Positions 38,101 to 53,100 of a stretch of 64,000 nt of DNA are shown here, piece after piece. Positions within the stretch are counted from its first letter, which is position 1; every line of letters begins with the position of its first letter. Both the position numbers and the translations under genes were made by a program. The notes under the pieces were generated by a model that was given only the letters and a program-made list of their open reading frames with translations, did no database searches and was not told the DNA's origin. The stretch comes from Phoronis australis (lineage: Eukaryota; Animalia; Phoronida), in contig NMRA01000421.1 of the NCBI GenBank assembly GCA_002633005.1, positions 138,171-202,170 of the forward strand. Reading direction: 5' to 3'.

Positions 38101-41100
38101 CGGATTTATTGGTATTTGGACACACCGTAGCCTACAAAGTTCGGCAGGCCAATTTTCCAAGGTCCGTAGCAGGAGTTTGGGGTCTATTCGGAGAAAATTT
38201 CGAAGTATCCTTCCGTGAAATACAGACAGGAGAACCTACTTGTGATTTTTTTAGTTCTAAACACACAAAACGCTTGTTATCCCGGCCAGTGGCTCGGAGC
38301 CCGATCAGGCCCGTCGCGGCCGCCGGGACTGGCACGAATGATAAACCAGCTTGAGTTGGAAACTAAACCTCCAGTCACGAAAAGACTATAATAGTGAGCC
38401 AAAGAAATAATGTGCATGTAATTATATATGTGAATTAGCCACGAAACTGAAAATCTACTTACTTGTCGGGGGCCGCGAAGTCGAGTTTTCCTTCCACAGA
38501 CCGTCAGGGCAAAGGTTGTACGGTAACAATGATTTGAATAATGTATTTGAATTTCTAAATAAAGATTCCCTTAACATGTGACCATAGCATATAAAATGGA
38601 GTAATTGTTTTGCAACAGCTTTCTGTCAGCAAACACTGAATTAGCATGCGCTCACACGGCCTCGGTGCCCGATCAATTACCTTTTTTATTCATTGCTGGC
38701 TTCTCAAAACATTTGCACTCACGAGCACTCCAAGGCATTACAAATTGTATCTAATGAGACAGACTTTGTTTCAGTTTCATATAAGCATGGTTAGGATCAT
38801 TTCAGGATGAGAATAATTCATTATGAAACAGAACGTAGAATAATAAACGTCTACATGGCAACTCGCCCGGCGCCAATCCCGACTTAGTCAAGAGCTCACT
38901 GGCATCCGACGAAAACTTCACGGGTCGGATCGTGAGGTTTCAGGCTATCAGTTCGAACAGGAATACACTGATCAAGAAATACAAGAAAGGCACCGTGAAC
39001 ATACACAGGCAACAGAACGTATGGATAGTTCTTTGGTAAGCCGGAATTCGTCAGAGAAATCACTGTTGACGAAATGCCGGCCACAGACACGGAGATGTTT
39101 CACGGCCTCATACTTGCTATTAACAGCATACCTTTCATTCTTCACTACCGCGAGCCACTTCCTAAGCATTTCGGGCTCTCAAGCAAGTCGAAAAAACGAT
39201 ATACCCGCTTTCTTTGCAGCTTCATAGTTCAGACAAGCGGGAGCAATGCACCGCAATATAGCGGCATTCACTCTGCAGACGAACCACTGACCTCGCTGTG
39301 TCGTTTCTCACCTTCCTCACAGGTTAACGCGACATCTCTCGGCAAGGTGAGGTCGACCGTATAAGAGGCAATGTGGATGTAGAGCGATTAAGACGGTAAA
39401 AAGACTAAAAAAATCGGGTGGCATTCTCCTTTAAATCTGCTTTAAGGAAGGTTTATACGCTGAAATTTGGATTCGTGACTATTTTGAAATTTTTGTATCG
39501 TCTTCAATGCCTTTTCATGAAAAAAATATGAAATTGATTCAAAAATTGCAAAGTTGTCACTTAAGTCTCATCTCTCAGAAAGCATTTACTCTCTCAGTAC
39601 AAAAGCCAGGATAGCTGAGAAAGAAGTTTGCGTCTTTGCTTTTGATTGGTCCGTCTATCAGCCACTCAGCCAACAATTTTAATCAAAAAAAATAATGAAA
39701 GATTTTAAGAGTCGTTCGGAATGGACAAAGGAACAACATATTATATTTTGGGCAAGACGTCAAACTTTGAGGACATACATGTACACAAGCCCACGCGCGC
39801 GCGAACACACATACGCACACACAAACACGCACCCATACAAACGCACACGCTCAGGTCGTTTGAATTGAGCAAACGTCATTTTAACAAGGCAATAGTGATT
39901 GCGCAAACCACGTGTGCAGTAAACATCGTGAATGTGAACACATCGGTCATTTACATGTTTACGTAATAACTGCATGATGGAGGAACTGTTATGTCTTTCA
40001 GAGGGAATCTTTGTAGATAAAATGGCTCAAAATAACAATAATCTACCCACGTGAAACTTGTTGTGTCGATTTATGTATGGTGCGACTACACTGCCTGACA
40101 GCGGTGCGGTTGCACCAAATCCCCACGTAAAATAACTGCATTGTCTTATAACTCATTTCGAATATCTCTGCAGCTACGCTGTGTTTGGACTCGGGTCAAG
40201 AGCTTACCCAAACTTCTGTGCCTTCGCCCGCTACATCGATGAAACTCTGGATGTACTTGGTGCTGAGCGAGTCTGTGCTGTAGGAGAAGGAGACGAGCTA
40301 TGCGGGCAAGACGAATCGTTTTCTCAATGGAGTAATAAAGTTTTTGCGGTAAACATTTACAGACACGTTTTATAGTTAACAGAACCTTCAGTCACACTGT
40401 CCCTAAACAATTCAATGTCACGTCGAATGTGAGAAATATTACTACGGGAGAAACATTAAAAGGAACATTCGACAACTGTCTTAAACAGTGCCCTATGCAT
40501 ATATACATGTATATATATATATATATATACTTATATATGCTTAAAGCATGTTGCTGAAGCATCACTAGGGCTATCTGGAAAGCTAGATACATCTCAAATT
40601 ACAGTAATTCGTTAGAGTAAGGCTTGAAAATAATATACATATACATATACATACATACATATATATATACATATATATATATATATATGTATGTATGTAT
40701 ATGTATGTATATGTATATGTATATTATTTTCAAGCCTTACTCTAACGAATTACTGTAATTTGAGATGTATCTAGCTTTCCAGATAGCCATAGTGATGCTT
40801 CAGCAACATGCTTTAAGCACTCAAACCCAGGCATGTCAAACACGTGAAGTAGCCTTTTCGCGCCACACTGCAAACACAGTAGTAGTGGTAGTTTTTAACA
40901 TTTACCGGAACCTGCGGCAGAAGTATGTTCCTGCCGCGGGTACCGGCAGAGATTTTTGAATTCAACACCAGTGTGAGCAGACTTTTATCGTAGCTGTTTG
41001 ACTTAAAATGTTGATTATCGCGGTGACGAACAAGCGTAACTATATCAATGATTTTGGTGTGGTCAGAGTGACTTGTGGACACTAATCCTCGACTCACGAA

Positions 41101-44100
41101 ATGAGTGAACACCTAATTCATTTTGAAACCAACTACTTTTGTTTCAAGAAAAGTTTTGAGAACTTTTTATTCATAATCAGTCTTATTTGGTGGTTTATGG
41201 CGAAGACGAAATACAACATTCATTTGACATGATTTGTCAAGTTGGCTTTTCCTTCAGATGCGTCTGCACTTATCAAAAACAATAATTTTCACTTTGAAAC
41301 TACAGAGTTGCTGTGAAGTGTTCTGCATTGGGGACGTTAGCTCTATGTTAAACGTTGTTACGGACAAACGATGGGGTCCGGGAAAGTATCGCATCAGTCC
41401 CGGAACTGGTCCCATGGCGACACTTGCTGACGGTAAGCTTATAATTTTATATTCTATGATATAGTCTTATGTTTTATCGATATACTGTATGTCTATCTGA
41501 ACCACCCGTGCTATATTTTTGTTGTATATGTGTTTTTACCCTATATACGCAGGGGCGGATCCAGGATTTTGAGTTAGAGGGGCCATGCAGAGTATTAGCA
41601 AGGATTTTGCCCGTCAGACATTCGCACCCTCGTACTGCCAAATGGAATCTGGTAGAATTTTAGGGTGGCCATGGCCCCCTTGGCCCCCCTTAAATCTGCC
41701 ACTGATACGGGAAAGTAGAGCCAATCCGTGGTTGAGTCTGTATTCCAAGGTTGGTGCACAGTCTCCTGGTGAAGTAAATTCGCGTGTACGAGGGCAAATT
41801 TGATTGGTCCTGTTCCTTTGGGCTACCTAACATATTCATTCAAGACGTCGTTGCTTTAAAAACTATAAGCTTTTTGTGAAGGTGTACCGATAGAAACTCC
41901 GACGCACAGTGATCAGGTCGGTATTTTAGACTTCGCTGTTTAATCTGTTAAATCAGAAATAAGTCAATTGCCTATTCAATGACCACATCAAAATCTGACA
42001 AAAATCTTACTCGAATCAAACGAAAGCGTTTTGTCATGAATACACACAGTATATTTACACTGAGAACTACAGTGTAAGATAGCTATAGGAAATTGCGACC
42101 TAATTTCGTGTATATATTTTTTACTAACATAATTGTCTGCTCGCAGCGTCCCCCTCTTTCTCGCTCTCCCCTCTCAACATCCAAAAAATCCATCTTGTCG
42201 TTATGTTGGGCATACCTTGAGTGCGTACATTTTAAAAAGAGACCACCGAACACAAAACATGGATATTTTTTAATTCGATCCCACTATTTTGCAATTTTCA
42301 AGTGTTTGGGATCCGATCAATAAAAAGGAAAGGTATTGGTGTGTAAGGCTAACTTTATATATTCGTTTTTTTATGTTCCCAGGCCTTATTGAAACTCACA
42401 AGAGAACTGTGTTCAATGCCAGGGTTATTTCGATAAATCACCTGCAAGCCGAGAATTCTGAGTAAGTACCCTAGCTATGAAATTTCTCTATCGGAGTGTT
42501 TGGCATGCACAACCTTTAAACCACAGTTAAAGAAATAATGATTTTTTGACTAATCAAAATACTTCCAATTAAAACCACTTCACGTTATATAATAAGGCGG
42601 ATTTGCAGGTATCCAACAATCCAGCGCTAATGCTGTGGAGGATTTTACTTACTGATAAGTACATTCGGTCAACTAATTATTTACAAAACTCTAGGAGTTT
42701 AACACAACAAAGGGAGATAATTTAACACAACAAAGGGAGATAATTTCTGAAAGTAGAAAGCCTGTACAGTTTGATTCTTTACTTCATACCGATAGAACGT
42801 TGACTGAGTCACGAGACCGTGCATTTTTATTCAAATTTAGCAAAAATGGGTGCACTTATAGTAAACAACAGTATCAAATTTTATTTGACATAGATGATGA
42901 TATCTTAAATACGATGTTACAGCTTTCGTAGTTATCTTTTCGTTTTCGTTTTAAGAAACCTTTCATTTTTTCATTTATCATAACATGCTGCAGAAATCAT
43001 CTGTCACTTTCCAGCTTTCTCGTCGAGTATCATGTATCTTTCACACTTGCATGCAATGTATATTTCCTATATAACGGAACAATATTTTTACGTTCTAATC
43101 CTATGAGACGTTATTGTTTATAAATCTGTGCAGTCGTCAGACAATCCTCGTGAAATTGGATGCAAGTGACGTACCAGATATAACTTATGAGCCCGGAGAT
43201 CATCTTGGCGTGTATCCAACCAACAGAGCGGCCATGGTGGAAAAGCTGATTGGTCAATTGTCTGGCAGCCAATACCCGGATACACCAATAGAATTGGAGA
43301 TGTCAACAGAAGTTACGTCCTTGTCGGGTATGATTGATTTTCGTCGTAAGCAAACGCTTTGGAAAACGTTTTCAGTTGTCTTTATAACATGACATGCACG
43401 CACACTGTTAGACAGTGCTACGTGTAGGCCTACACTTTGTGTTATAGTGCGTGTTGTTGCACTTATTAATGTTTTATTCGCGTATGTATCTGGGAATGAA
43501 TTTTTAACTTTAAAAAGTGATTTTCAGTATACACAAAGATCGCCTTACCCTAGGCTTCCTAATTCTCCACGCTGGTAAACATTGAAGTAGTATAATATGA
43601 ATCTTGCCAAATATTGAGATGTAGGATTGTGTTAAATTCCTGGCTTTATCATCCTATATGAAGGAGGAGCTTTGACCGAGTCCGGTGGGAAAGATGTCTT
43701 TTTGAACCATCCGATGAACGGGACTGTGATGTGAAGGACGGGTCTGCTTTTCATTTTGATCGTGTTACTCAATGTCGTTGTCGTGTTGTGTGTGAAACGC
43801 TTAAATTTCTTTCATTTTGCCGTCACAGTACTGAAAAAATCTAGAAGTGATAGTTTCATGTGAAAATAAATTCAATTCCTGAAAATGTAGTCTTAATGGT
43901 GTACTAAAAGTCAAAGAACGGCGCTACTTTCGCATAAACTGTACTTTCCATGTGTGAGGTCGTACTTCCCTTCAGAGTTGTGTCTTTCCTATTGGATGGC
44001 AAATTTAGAACAAGTAAAACTTACTGTTCATACAGGCTGCCTTCCGTAGAAGAGTGAACCTCGCGAAAGTACAAGATCGCGCTAAACACAAAATATTGCC

Positions 44101-47100
44101 ATGTATTACAAGCAAAGCGTATGATCATACTTGGTTCCTTCCATTTTTCCAGCACTTTCGGAGCTCGAAATTTGTCATTAAGTAGTCCTACTGAAATAAA
44201 ATGAAATAGAAATATTCCGCAGTTCAGATAATGACAAAATCTGTTATATCCTTCTGTAAAATAGCGGAGTTGTAGTCGCACCATTTTAGACGTGGGTCAG
44301 AATGTTGCAGTGTGGCTGTAGACGTACAGTATCATTCGGTAAACATGGAGATGGATGAGGACACTTAACTTTTTACGAGCCCGTAATCGTCAAGTTAAAG
44401 CTAGGGACTAAGTTTTGTTTGTGCTCGGAGCGTGGAGATGGCTAGGGACTGACACGAATCATTGTTCGTGTCCAAGTATGAGTTAGCAGAGGGCATGAAC
44501 GTTTAGTGCTCTACAAAAGAATTCAGCCAAGCGTCGAATTGAAGACCCACGGCAACTGTTGGTGTCGGGGATGGCCAGGGAACGGCCATTCTTGTACGAC
44601 GCAACTTAAGACTTAGGAAAGATCACGCCTTGGACTCAGAACCAAGTTTGCTTGCAACAGCGGGTCATATCAAGTCGTGTTCCCAAGTTGCAGTATATAT
44701 GATGGGCTCAAGAATTTTCTCAGATGAGGGTATTTGGCGGAAAAGTGAACTATCTGTCACTACTCAAAATATATCCGGAACCCCCGTAAAAGAGAGATCA
44801 GCACTCGTTGTAATTTTGAGTTATTAAAAATGCTTATTCCTAGTTAAAGTTAAAGAGGTAAATTAATATTCATTTACTGTAATTTCAAGTTCTTCTGCAA
44901 TGCACCACTGAATCTGCTTTTCACCATGTCTGTTTCTGGTTAGGTCGACATCATTGCAACGATAACAGGTGTGGCTTGACGATTTAGGAACTGGATATAA
45001 AAATTGAATACCGTTGCAATATTCCTTATGGCTATATATGCGCCGTTACTGCATTTTGAAATAGACAAATGGCGGATCTCATTAACGTTAACCCATATTT
45101 ATCCAGAGTGCGAATACACTGACTGACAACTATACGAAGTGTAAACACTATGCTGGGAAACCACATGGTATTTTTGAATCAGTGATCGTTCTTTGGGCAG
45201 GTAACAGGGCTCTTATGTCTTATCGTTTACTCCAACAGTGGGTCATTCAATGAACTTCTAGGCTTGACTCCAAGATCGCGTTGCGTGTCTTACATTGCCG
45301 ACTAAACAACAGGATAGGAATCCATATAACAAGGCAAACACAGGAATGTTACAATTTTTTAAAAAAGTAGCAAATCCACTAAGTCGGAAACACGATTTAC
45401 TTCAAGGGTCTAAATGAGTTCACTTGCCGTCAAAAGGTTATTTCTTTACCTAGTAGAGACTTAGTGCAAAATTAGCCTAAGCTTTGTAATCTCAAGTTTA
45501 TTCTGGTGACCTGTCCAACACAGCGGCTAGAGCATGCGAATTGCACTCAAGGCAAGCTACAGAACTTCGCTCAATGTTCGACGTGTCACTGCGCCTATCA
45601 TCGGCTTATCGGAATATTGGACAACAAAGTAAATTGTCGACTGGTCACTGTTGACCACTAGTTTTTAAGTGTTTGTTAGGTTCCTTTGCCGACATATCAT
45701 TTAAAGCACTTCTTCCGTCTACGCGAAGTTTCAGAGCCGCTTACGGAGGGTGGTGGTCGATGCTTGGGCGTAAAAGCGAGGGTGGAGTACGTTACTCTTG
45801 CGACACTGCGTTTAGTAGGTCAGGAATGTGGTAAAAGTAAAAAGGGTTGGCACGTTCTGTTATAGCACAGTTTCTAAGCCAACAACCATGATTGATACCC
45901 CTATTAATCCCAGTAGGCTTTGCGCTGATTAACATCCGGACATGCGCCATCGCTACATATACTTGATTGCAAATCCGCTATTGACAAAATACCCATACAT
46001 TTAGACACCATTTCCCTGTTGGGTGAAATAGTCCCAAATAGGGATACAACTAAGTTCGCTAAATCTACTGCGTATTTTTGGCCTTTCTTAACATACTCAT
46101 TGCCTTTTCTTGCGTTGTTTTAGTTTCATTACTAAGTCAATTTTTGACTTTGATACAACTAGACAGCGAACTCTATGTTGTATTTTCAATACTATTGAAT
46201 ATTAATAGGGATCTTTTCATACAACGCGCCTAATTTAAGGATTAAGTGCCTGTTTATTTTCATTGAAGTAAGGACTCCGTTTTTAGTTATATTACTAAAA
46301 AATGTCACTAGCCAAAGATAAAACGATGGGAAAGATGACATCTCTTAATAAAGAATGGTACCAATACGCAAAATGTGTAGGGAATTTGGTTGAGTACCAA
46401 TTGGGAACTATTTCATGCAGCCAGGAACATGTCACTCTATTTGCAAGGGTGGAGAGATTTTTTTCAGTTCTGCATGATAAATTTTTTGTTTTTGTTAAAT
46501 TTGTAACTTTTATCATTTTCTTTTTCAGTTATTATTACACCACTTGTTTTGTGGGTCGTTTTGTTTTAGGTTACGTGATTCTCGAGTACTTTTGATTGCC
46601 CGTCGTGAACTTACAAGCCGTTATTTATTATCTCTCGTCACATTTTCACGTGTGGCTTTAGGTAACACTGTCAAGTGGTCTACCTACAAAAGGTTCCCCC
46701 AGCCAACTACTCTTAGGAAAGCGTTCTCACACTATCTGGACATCGCCAGTACTCCTACTATAGAGTTGTTGGCCCAGTTGGCACCTTTGGCCGATGACGA
46801 AGAGGAACGAGGACGTTTAGCAAATCTCGCAACGGTATGCATTAGGTTATTAATAGCTTGAATGGGTATTCGGACACCGCAAGTTGTTTGGTTGCCTTAC
46901 TTGAAAGTCCCAAACTAACTCACCTATCCCTTTAGATGACCCATTTTTGATTCGTAGTTAATAAAAGCACCAAGGCTTAATCAATAGAACCATTTATATG
47001 CAATTACGGGTCAAACTTTCTAACCAAATATCAATTATGGGTCAAACAAGCTCATGATTCAGTAACATTGATCTCATCATGTTTAAACTTTATCATATGT

Positions 47101-50100
47101 ACATGTAACGGGGCTCGATTTGGCGACCTGCAGGTTACCAATACGGCCTCAGATTGTGTTTGGCAACCTGGGAAAAATCGCAAGTCGTCACGAAGTCGCC
47201 AGTCAAACTCAGACAAAAAATCCCTCTAAATTCGTTGCTTTAAATTACTAACAGTTTTCCTAAATTTATTACCTTTGATTCACAATTGTTCTTTCGTCAA
47301 ATCACCACCTTTATTGCCACCACGTTAAATTACATCAGGAAGTACACTGACACAAGTCGGAAATGTTGTGTAAAATCCGGCAAAATCTGCGTTCCGTGTT
47401 CGTTTGTCGGCGGGAGGAACTGGGTTCAGAGAATGAAGGTACATTTGCGCCTACATTTAGGCATTTGCGGGGGAAATCAATGGAGAAGCGTAAGAGAACG
47501 GATGTGGCGAACCTTTACGTCCGGATAGGAAAGTTGCAGTTGATATAGACGCCTGTGATTTTCAGTTTTGGTGTTTAACTAAGCGTCGAGCTCTGTGTAC
47601 CCTTAATTGAACTGTGGCTGCACTGGTAAGAAATTTGGTAATATAGTGTGCACACCGTGGGCCAAGTCGAAAGTGGTATCAACGTGTAAAGTTTAAACTC
47701 TAAAGCCCTGGCAAAAATTGCTCCAGCATTAGATGCAGTGATGTAATCTTTCCTTCGTTTTAATAGGATTGCGATAAGTACGACGCGTGGCGTTACAGTG
47801 TTGCCCCGAACATCGTTGAGCTCCTGGACATGTTCCCTTCCCTACGTCCTCCAGCCTCGCTCCTACTTTCACAGCTGCCGTTGCTTCAGCATAGACTCTA
47901 CAGCATTAGCTCGTCCCTGGACGCTAATCGTGAAGAAATTCACCTAACAGTCGCCGTGGTGGCGTACATGAAGAACGGTAGTATTCGATCACTAACATCT
48001 TGTAGCGTTTTAAGTTCGTCATGAAAATATTTTGTTTAAGCCAAGTGAAACTTGATCGCAGAGCTTGGAAACGAATAAGATGAACGTCGCACGAAATTTA
48101 ACAGTCGTTTGAAAGCGCGCTCATTCGATACAATATTCGGCATTTTTCGTACGACGACACAAGTATAGCTTGATAAACGTTTCGGGCGCCAAATGGGACC
48201 TTCATATTTTCTAACGGCATTATAACGAAGTGGAACTGTTTTTCATAAAACCATACAGACGTATCCATTGATGGTTAAATTTCTTTCCTCCACTGTTACC
48301 ATTCACCACTAACTTCATTGCACGCCATATTCAAACGATTAATCTGTGAATTTTATTTTTTAGACATAGCAAAGCTCTTTGCCACTTCTTTTAACTTGGG
48401 GGATCCGTTTCCAAGCAACACACTTCTTAACCAATCTTATCAATCTTACCTTAAAAGCCAGAACAATTGAACATTTTCGTGGCATCTTGCTTTTGCTGCA
48501 CTAAAACTTTAAAGAGTTCCCACCATGCATTTTCTTACTTTTTCAGGTTTCAGTTAGCTAATATGAATCGAATACCATAAAGTCTTGCTAAATAGGCACT
48601 TTTTATGCCAAAGAGTGGCAACTTTTTTTAATTTTGAAGAAAAATTACTTATTTCTAAGTTTCCCGTCAAATGATGCAATGGGTGGAAGACGGTTGGCCG
48701 CTTGACAATCATTTGCAATGTCGGAACACTGCAGGTCAGAAGACAATGACAATATTAGGCGAAAATTGGACAATTATTATGCAGACAGAGAGGAGAGTGG
48801 ATACGGGCACTTATACTCAAGTACTTGAAGAATCAGACAATGAATTCGATTTCCCATTTAGCGAACTTTCGTCGGGTTTCAGGCCGTATGAACTCGACCC
48901 ACTTGCACGAGAAATGACATGTGTGAGCCACAACCAACTCTACCAAGTGGTGGTCACTACTCACAAAATAGACACTTCATAATTACTGACAAAGGCCACA
49001 GCCAACCTGGGTTACTCGTATTCATTATTGCTGTGATGGAATGAGCACAGTCTAAACACAATATGCATAAGCCTACTTGTAGTAGCACTCGATCTGGGCC
49101 GGGGTCCAGGGCCTGGCATCAATTGCCCTAGAATGGAAGCATTTTGTTCGTTATTTACAAAATTTGCAAATACACTTACTTGGTGGTGAGTCCTTCATTG
49201 TAACGCCGCCTATGTGTGTGGTCGAAACACGATTCTTTGAAATGTGCCGATCAAAGTGTGGCTTATGCCAAGCTGAATCTCATGTTCCACACTGACACTC
49301 CACACTCTTGTTCGGCGCACAATCATGGGTGGCGCAGCACTGAAAAAATTGGGGGCTAAACCCCCCCCCCNCCTCCTGTGTTGCACCGCCTGTAGACCAT
49401 GGGCGGCTTAGCCCTGAAAAAGTGGGGGGCTATAGCCCTACCCTAGGCCCCTATGGTGCGCCGCCCATGACAAACCGATGCCATTTTTGTTCAGTTTTCA
49501 CGTATTTAGGAAATTTGAACACTAAGACGTTCACAATCAAGTTGTTGTTACCATAGTTTCCACAAACTCACCTTTTCATGTCTGAAAAAGACTGTTCCAC
49601 GCGGACTTTCTTCACAACTCCTCAGTATCGCACTGGTAAAACAACAACGGCTGAGGCGGTCTTCCACCCATTGCGTACAAACTCGATAACAGAAAAATAT
49701 ATTTTTAAAATTTTTAGATTGTTTCGTAGCAACAGGTGTACTAAAGGCTATTAAATCTGTTAAGATGTAATAATAAAATTCCTTTTTGAGACACAGGGTC
49801 ATGGTGGGAACTCTTTAAGTCCCCGGCAAACGCCGACGCAAAAGATCACACCACAACTTTAGCAGCAGAATAAACAATGTTTGACAGAACGTTCAGGAGT
49901 GGTGTTTCGGTTCCAGGGTGTCCTGTTCGATCCCCGGTGTTCTTGATTTATAGGTTGGGGTTCTTGTTTTTCGGGCTGATTAGCTGTTTTGAAGGTGCGG
50001 GAGTCTGTTTTCGTCTCCGAGTTTTTGTTTTTCAGCGGGGTTCCTGTTTCGATGGAACACCTTGTAGCCCGGGGGGTCACTCATATTAAAAATGTACCTC

Positions 50101-53100
50101 CAGACTTGTACCAAAAATTGATGAGAAACCCCCTATTGCGGTTGCCAGGTCTGCTAATTTTCTGTGGGCAGACGGCCTGTGTGCTTTATGCGGGGATGGG
50201 GCCAATGTAGTGGGCCTTCTGCGGGGACAAAATGGAAATTTAGGGGCGTATTGGAACCCAAGTGGGTCCCGCAAAACTTGCTGAAAAAGTACCGCCTACC
50301 CGCAATTTTTGGTACACGCCTGCGGGCACCTTGTCGAAATAAATGACCCCCTGGCTTGTAGTTGCTAAAGCGAAATGCTGCGCGCGCTATTAAACTTTTG
50401 TGGTATGTAAGCTCTGTTTTTACTATAGAGATCGTGTACCGCGAGATTGTCGTAAATAATCAGCGAGTGGCATAGAGAACTAGTTCTTAGTTCGACGTGT
50501 GCAAACTCGACACTTTAAGATGTATTTTGAATACATTAAACGGGAAATAAGTTTGGGACGACTGCCAAGATGTGAGTGCGTATTCAAATAGCTTTTTGAC
50601 GGGATTTCAATTCATTCAAAATTATGGTAAACCAGCCACATACGTTACAAAAGCTGATATTACTGTAAGATATAGTAATTCATATGATAACGTCCCACGG
50701 AAATAGATGAACTTCGTATCGAATCAGCATGTTTGAAAGTGGCGATAACACAAGAATTTAATTAACGTGTTAGATTTGTTGAGCAGGTAATCATAAATTA
50801 CAAAATTTAAATAATGATTAAAATGAAAAAACAAATGTGGTTAAGTCCGATATTTCATAGGCATTCCACGCGTAGCAAGATTTGCTTCTGGTTCACTTTT
50901 TGTGTTTATGTCCTAACCTTCAGTAGATGAAAATTGAGAAACGAGACTCGTGTATAATTTGAAAATGGATGTACCTCTTTTCATATTTAGTTTCTGTTTA
51001 CTCCGTGTTTACAATTATGTAGTTGTGTATGAGTAGGCAAAGCCTACGGTGTACAATAACTGATATTATTACAATTATTTAAAGACGGGAAAGGACCTCT
51101 TCACCAAGGGGTGTGCTCGACATGGCTTGACTCTCTTCAGCCCGGAGACAATGTTCCTTGCTTTTTGAAAACGTAAGTTGTTTTTAGGAGCTCTTTATAA
51201 AGGGGTTGAATGGCACCGCACAACATCGATCATAAACACGAGCCCTCAGTTCTAGGTAAAATGAGGAAAATTGAATCAGCAATACGAAACCTTATATCAT
51301 GCACCTGAACCGCTTTATCATGCACTTTTACACACGAACCGCAAACTCATTTGCACGAACATAAATCATATGCAGGGATCGTTAAATGAATATCGGTGAC
51401 GAACTGGTGATTCTGTGCTAGAGACCCTGAGTTGTTTGTCTGGGTTTTGCCGTTTGTAAGCATATTTCTTGTAATAAGCTGCACGAAAGGGTATGAGGTC
51501 TGTGCGCATGAAACTAGGAGTTTCAATTTTCCCCCATTAATTTTTATTTAACATGCCAATTTTAAGACGTTTTGAAGCAAAATGTGTGTCCAGACTCGAC
51601 CCGGAATTGCAAGCATACGCGTTCGATTTTTGAATTTACTTTAAAGTCCTGTTTCGTCAATTTGGAGTGTTGCGCTTACTGTAAAAGGGTCTAAAACCTC
51701 TTGATTCATTTACACCAACCTTATTTCTTTGGCACCGCCTTTCGACCCGTCATTTGTCCCTCTATGTTCAATTGTTACGGCGTTCATAAAAGAACGAGCA
51801 CGACACTCGTGGTGGGCATTTGGGTTATGTTTCCTGGAAGACAGTGGAGTTTCTACCTGAGACCTTTCCCTAGTCAGTCCAATACTCTCACCATTAGGGG
51901 GCAGTAGTCATTGCTCACTGTAGTTGCAAATATAAACACCTACTCATGACTGCACTTATGTTTTACTTGTACTATCTGTTAAAAATATTGACTATGGTTT
52001 CAGAAATTATGTCATGGTATCATCCAAGTCATTTACTTTGCCTGCAGAACAACATTTTGTCCATTGTCCATTGCTAAGCATAGACAATTTTGAACGAGCG
52101 TATCGAGGACCTCAATCACTGACCGGCGATACGTTCCTGAAAATCCAAACTTTTGGTCTAATCTTTTTTCATGCCAGTGCCAAAAGGTTTACCCAACTGA
52201 GCCAAACGTGTCGGGACATTCAGGTCTTAAGTGGGCTATGAAAGAGTTTCGAATGGATATTGCAGAGTGACGTCGATCAGGTCACGCGTCTTTCTATAGA
52301 AGTTGCTCTACCATCAGTTTCGCTAAGTACAAAAGTATAATACTATTGGTTTACTCAATGTATGTTGTGTACGTGTTTATGTTCCTCTAAGGCGAGATTA
52401 ATCGAGCTTGCGCAAAACGGATTGTAATCCTGTCATTCGTTGATTTAAATCTTGTTTGATTAAAAATTGCATTGCCTCCTACTTTCTCACAAACAATCCA
52501 ACATTCAGTACAGAACTGTTGAAACCAGTTGAAAATTCGTCCATCATTCTCTCAAATGTCACTGTTTACTATCCAGTCTGTAAAACACCTGACAATGTAC
52601 TATTTTGTATATGTTATACTTTGGACCTGTGACCATATGTATATTTCAATAAAGATATTAAAATAATAACTTAGAAACACTCGTACTAGACTTAAAGGTT
52701 CCCACGGTAATGACCATAAACTTAATTTTCGGCCATCTTCTTCAAACACTTACACTTCTTCCGTTGCTCCACTTAATATCGTCGAAAAATGACATGGACA
52801 TCTTCAACTTTAATAATCGCTAATTCAGTACGTTTCGCCCCCGGGTATGTAAATTTTATTTCGGTCACCTGTCGACGGGCTATTGTGAGTGTTAACTCGA
52901 GCCATGGCAGGCGTGTAGCAGTTATAACCAAAATATTTGATTTAGGATTTGTCATCTCCATAACACTTTGGCATAGTGGCTTTCATTTTCAACTTTTTCA
53001 TCACTTCACTTACCACAGTAAAAGTCGTTTGCAAAATTAAATGTTTCATAACCAGTGTGATTATGTTGAAGGTCAAGGTTATTCCATCTTCCAACGAATC

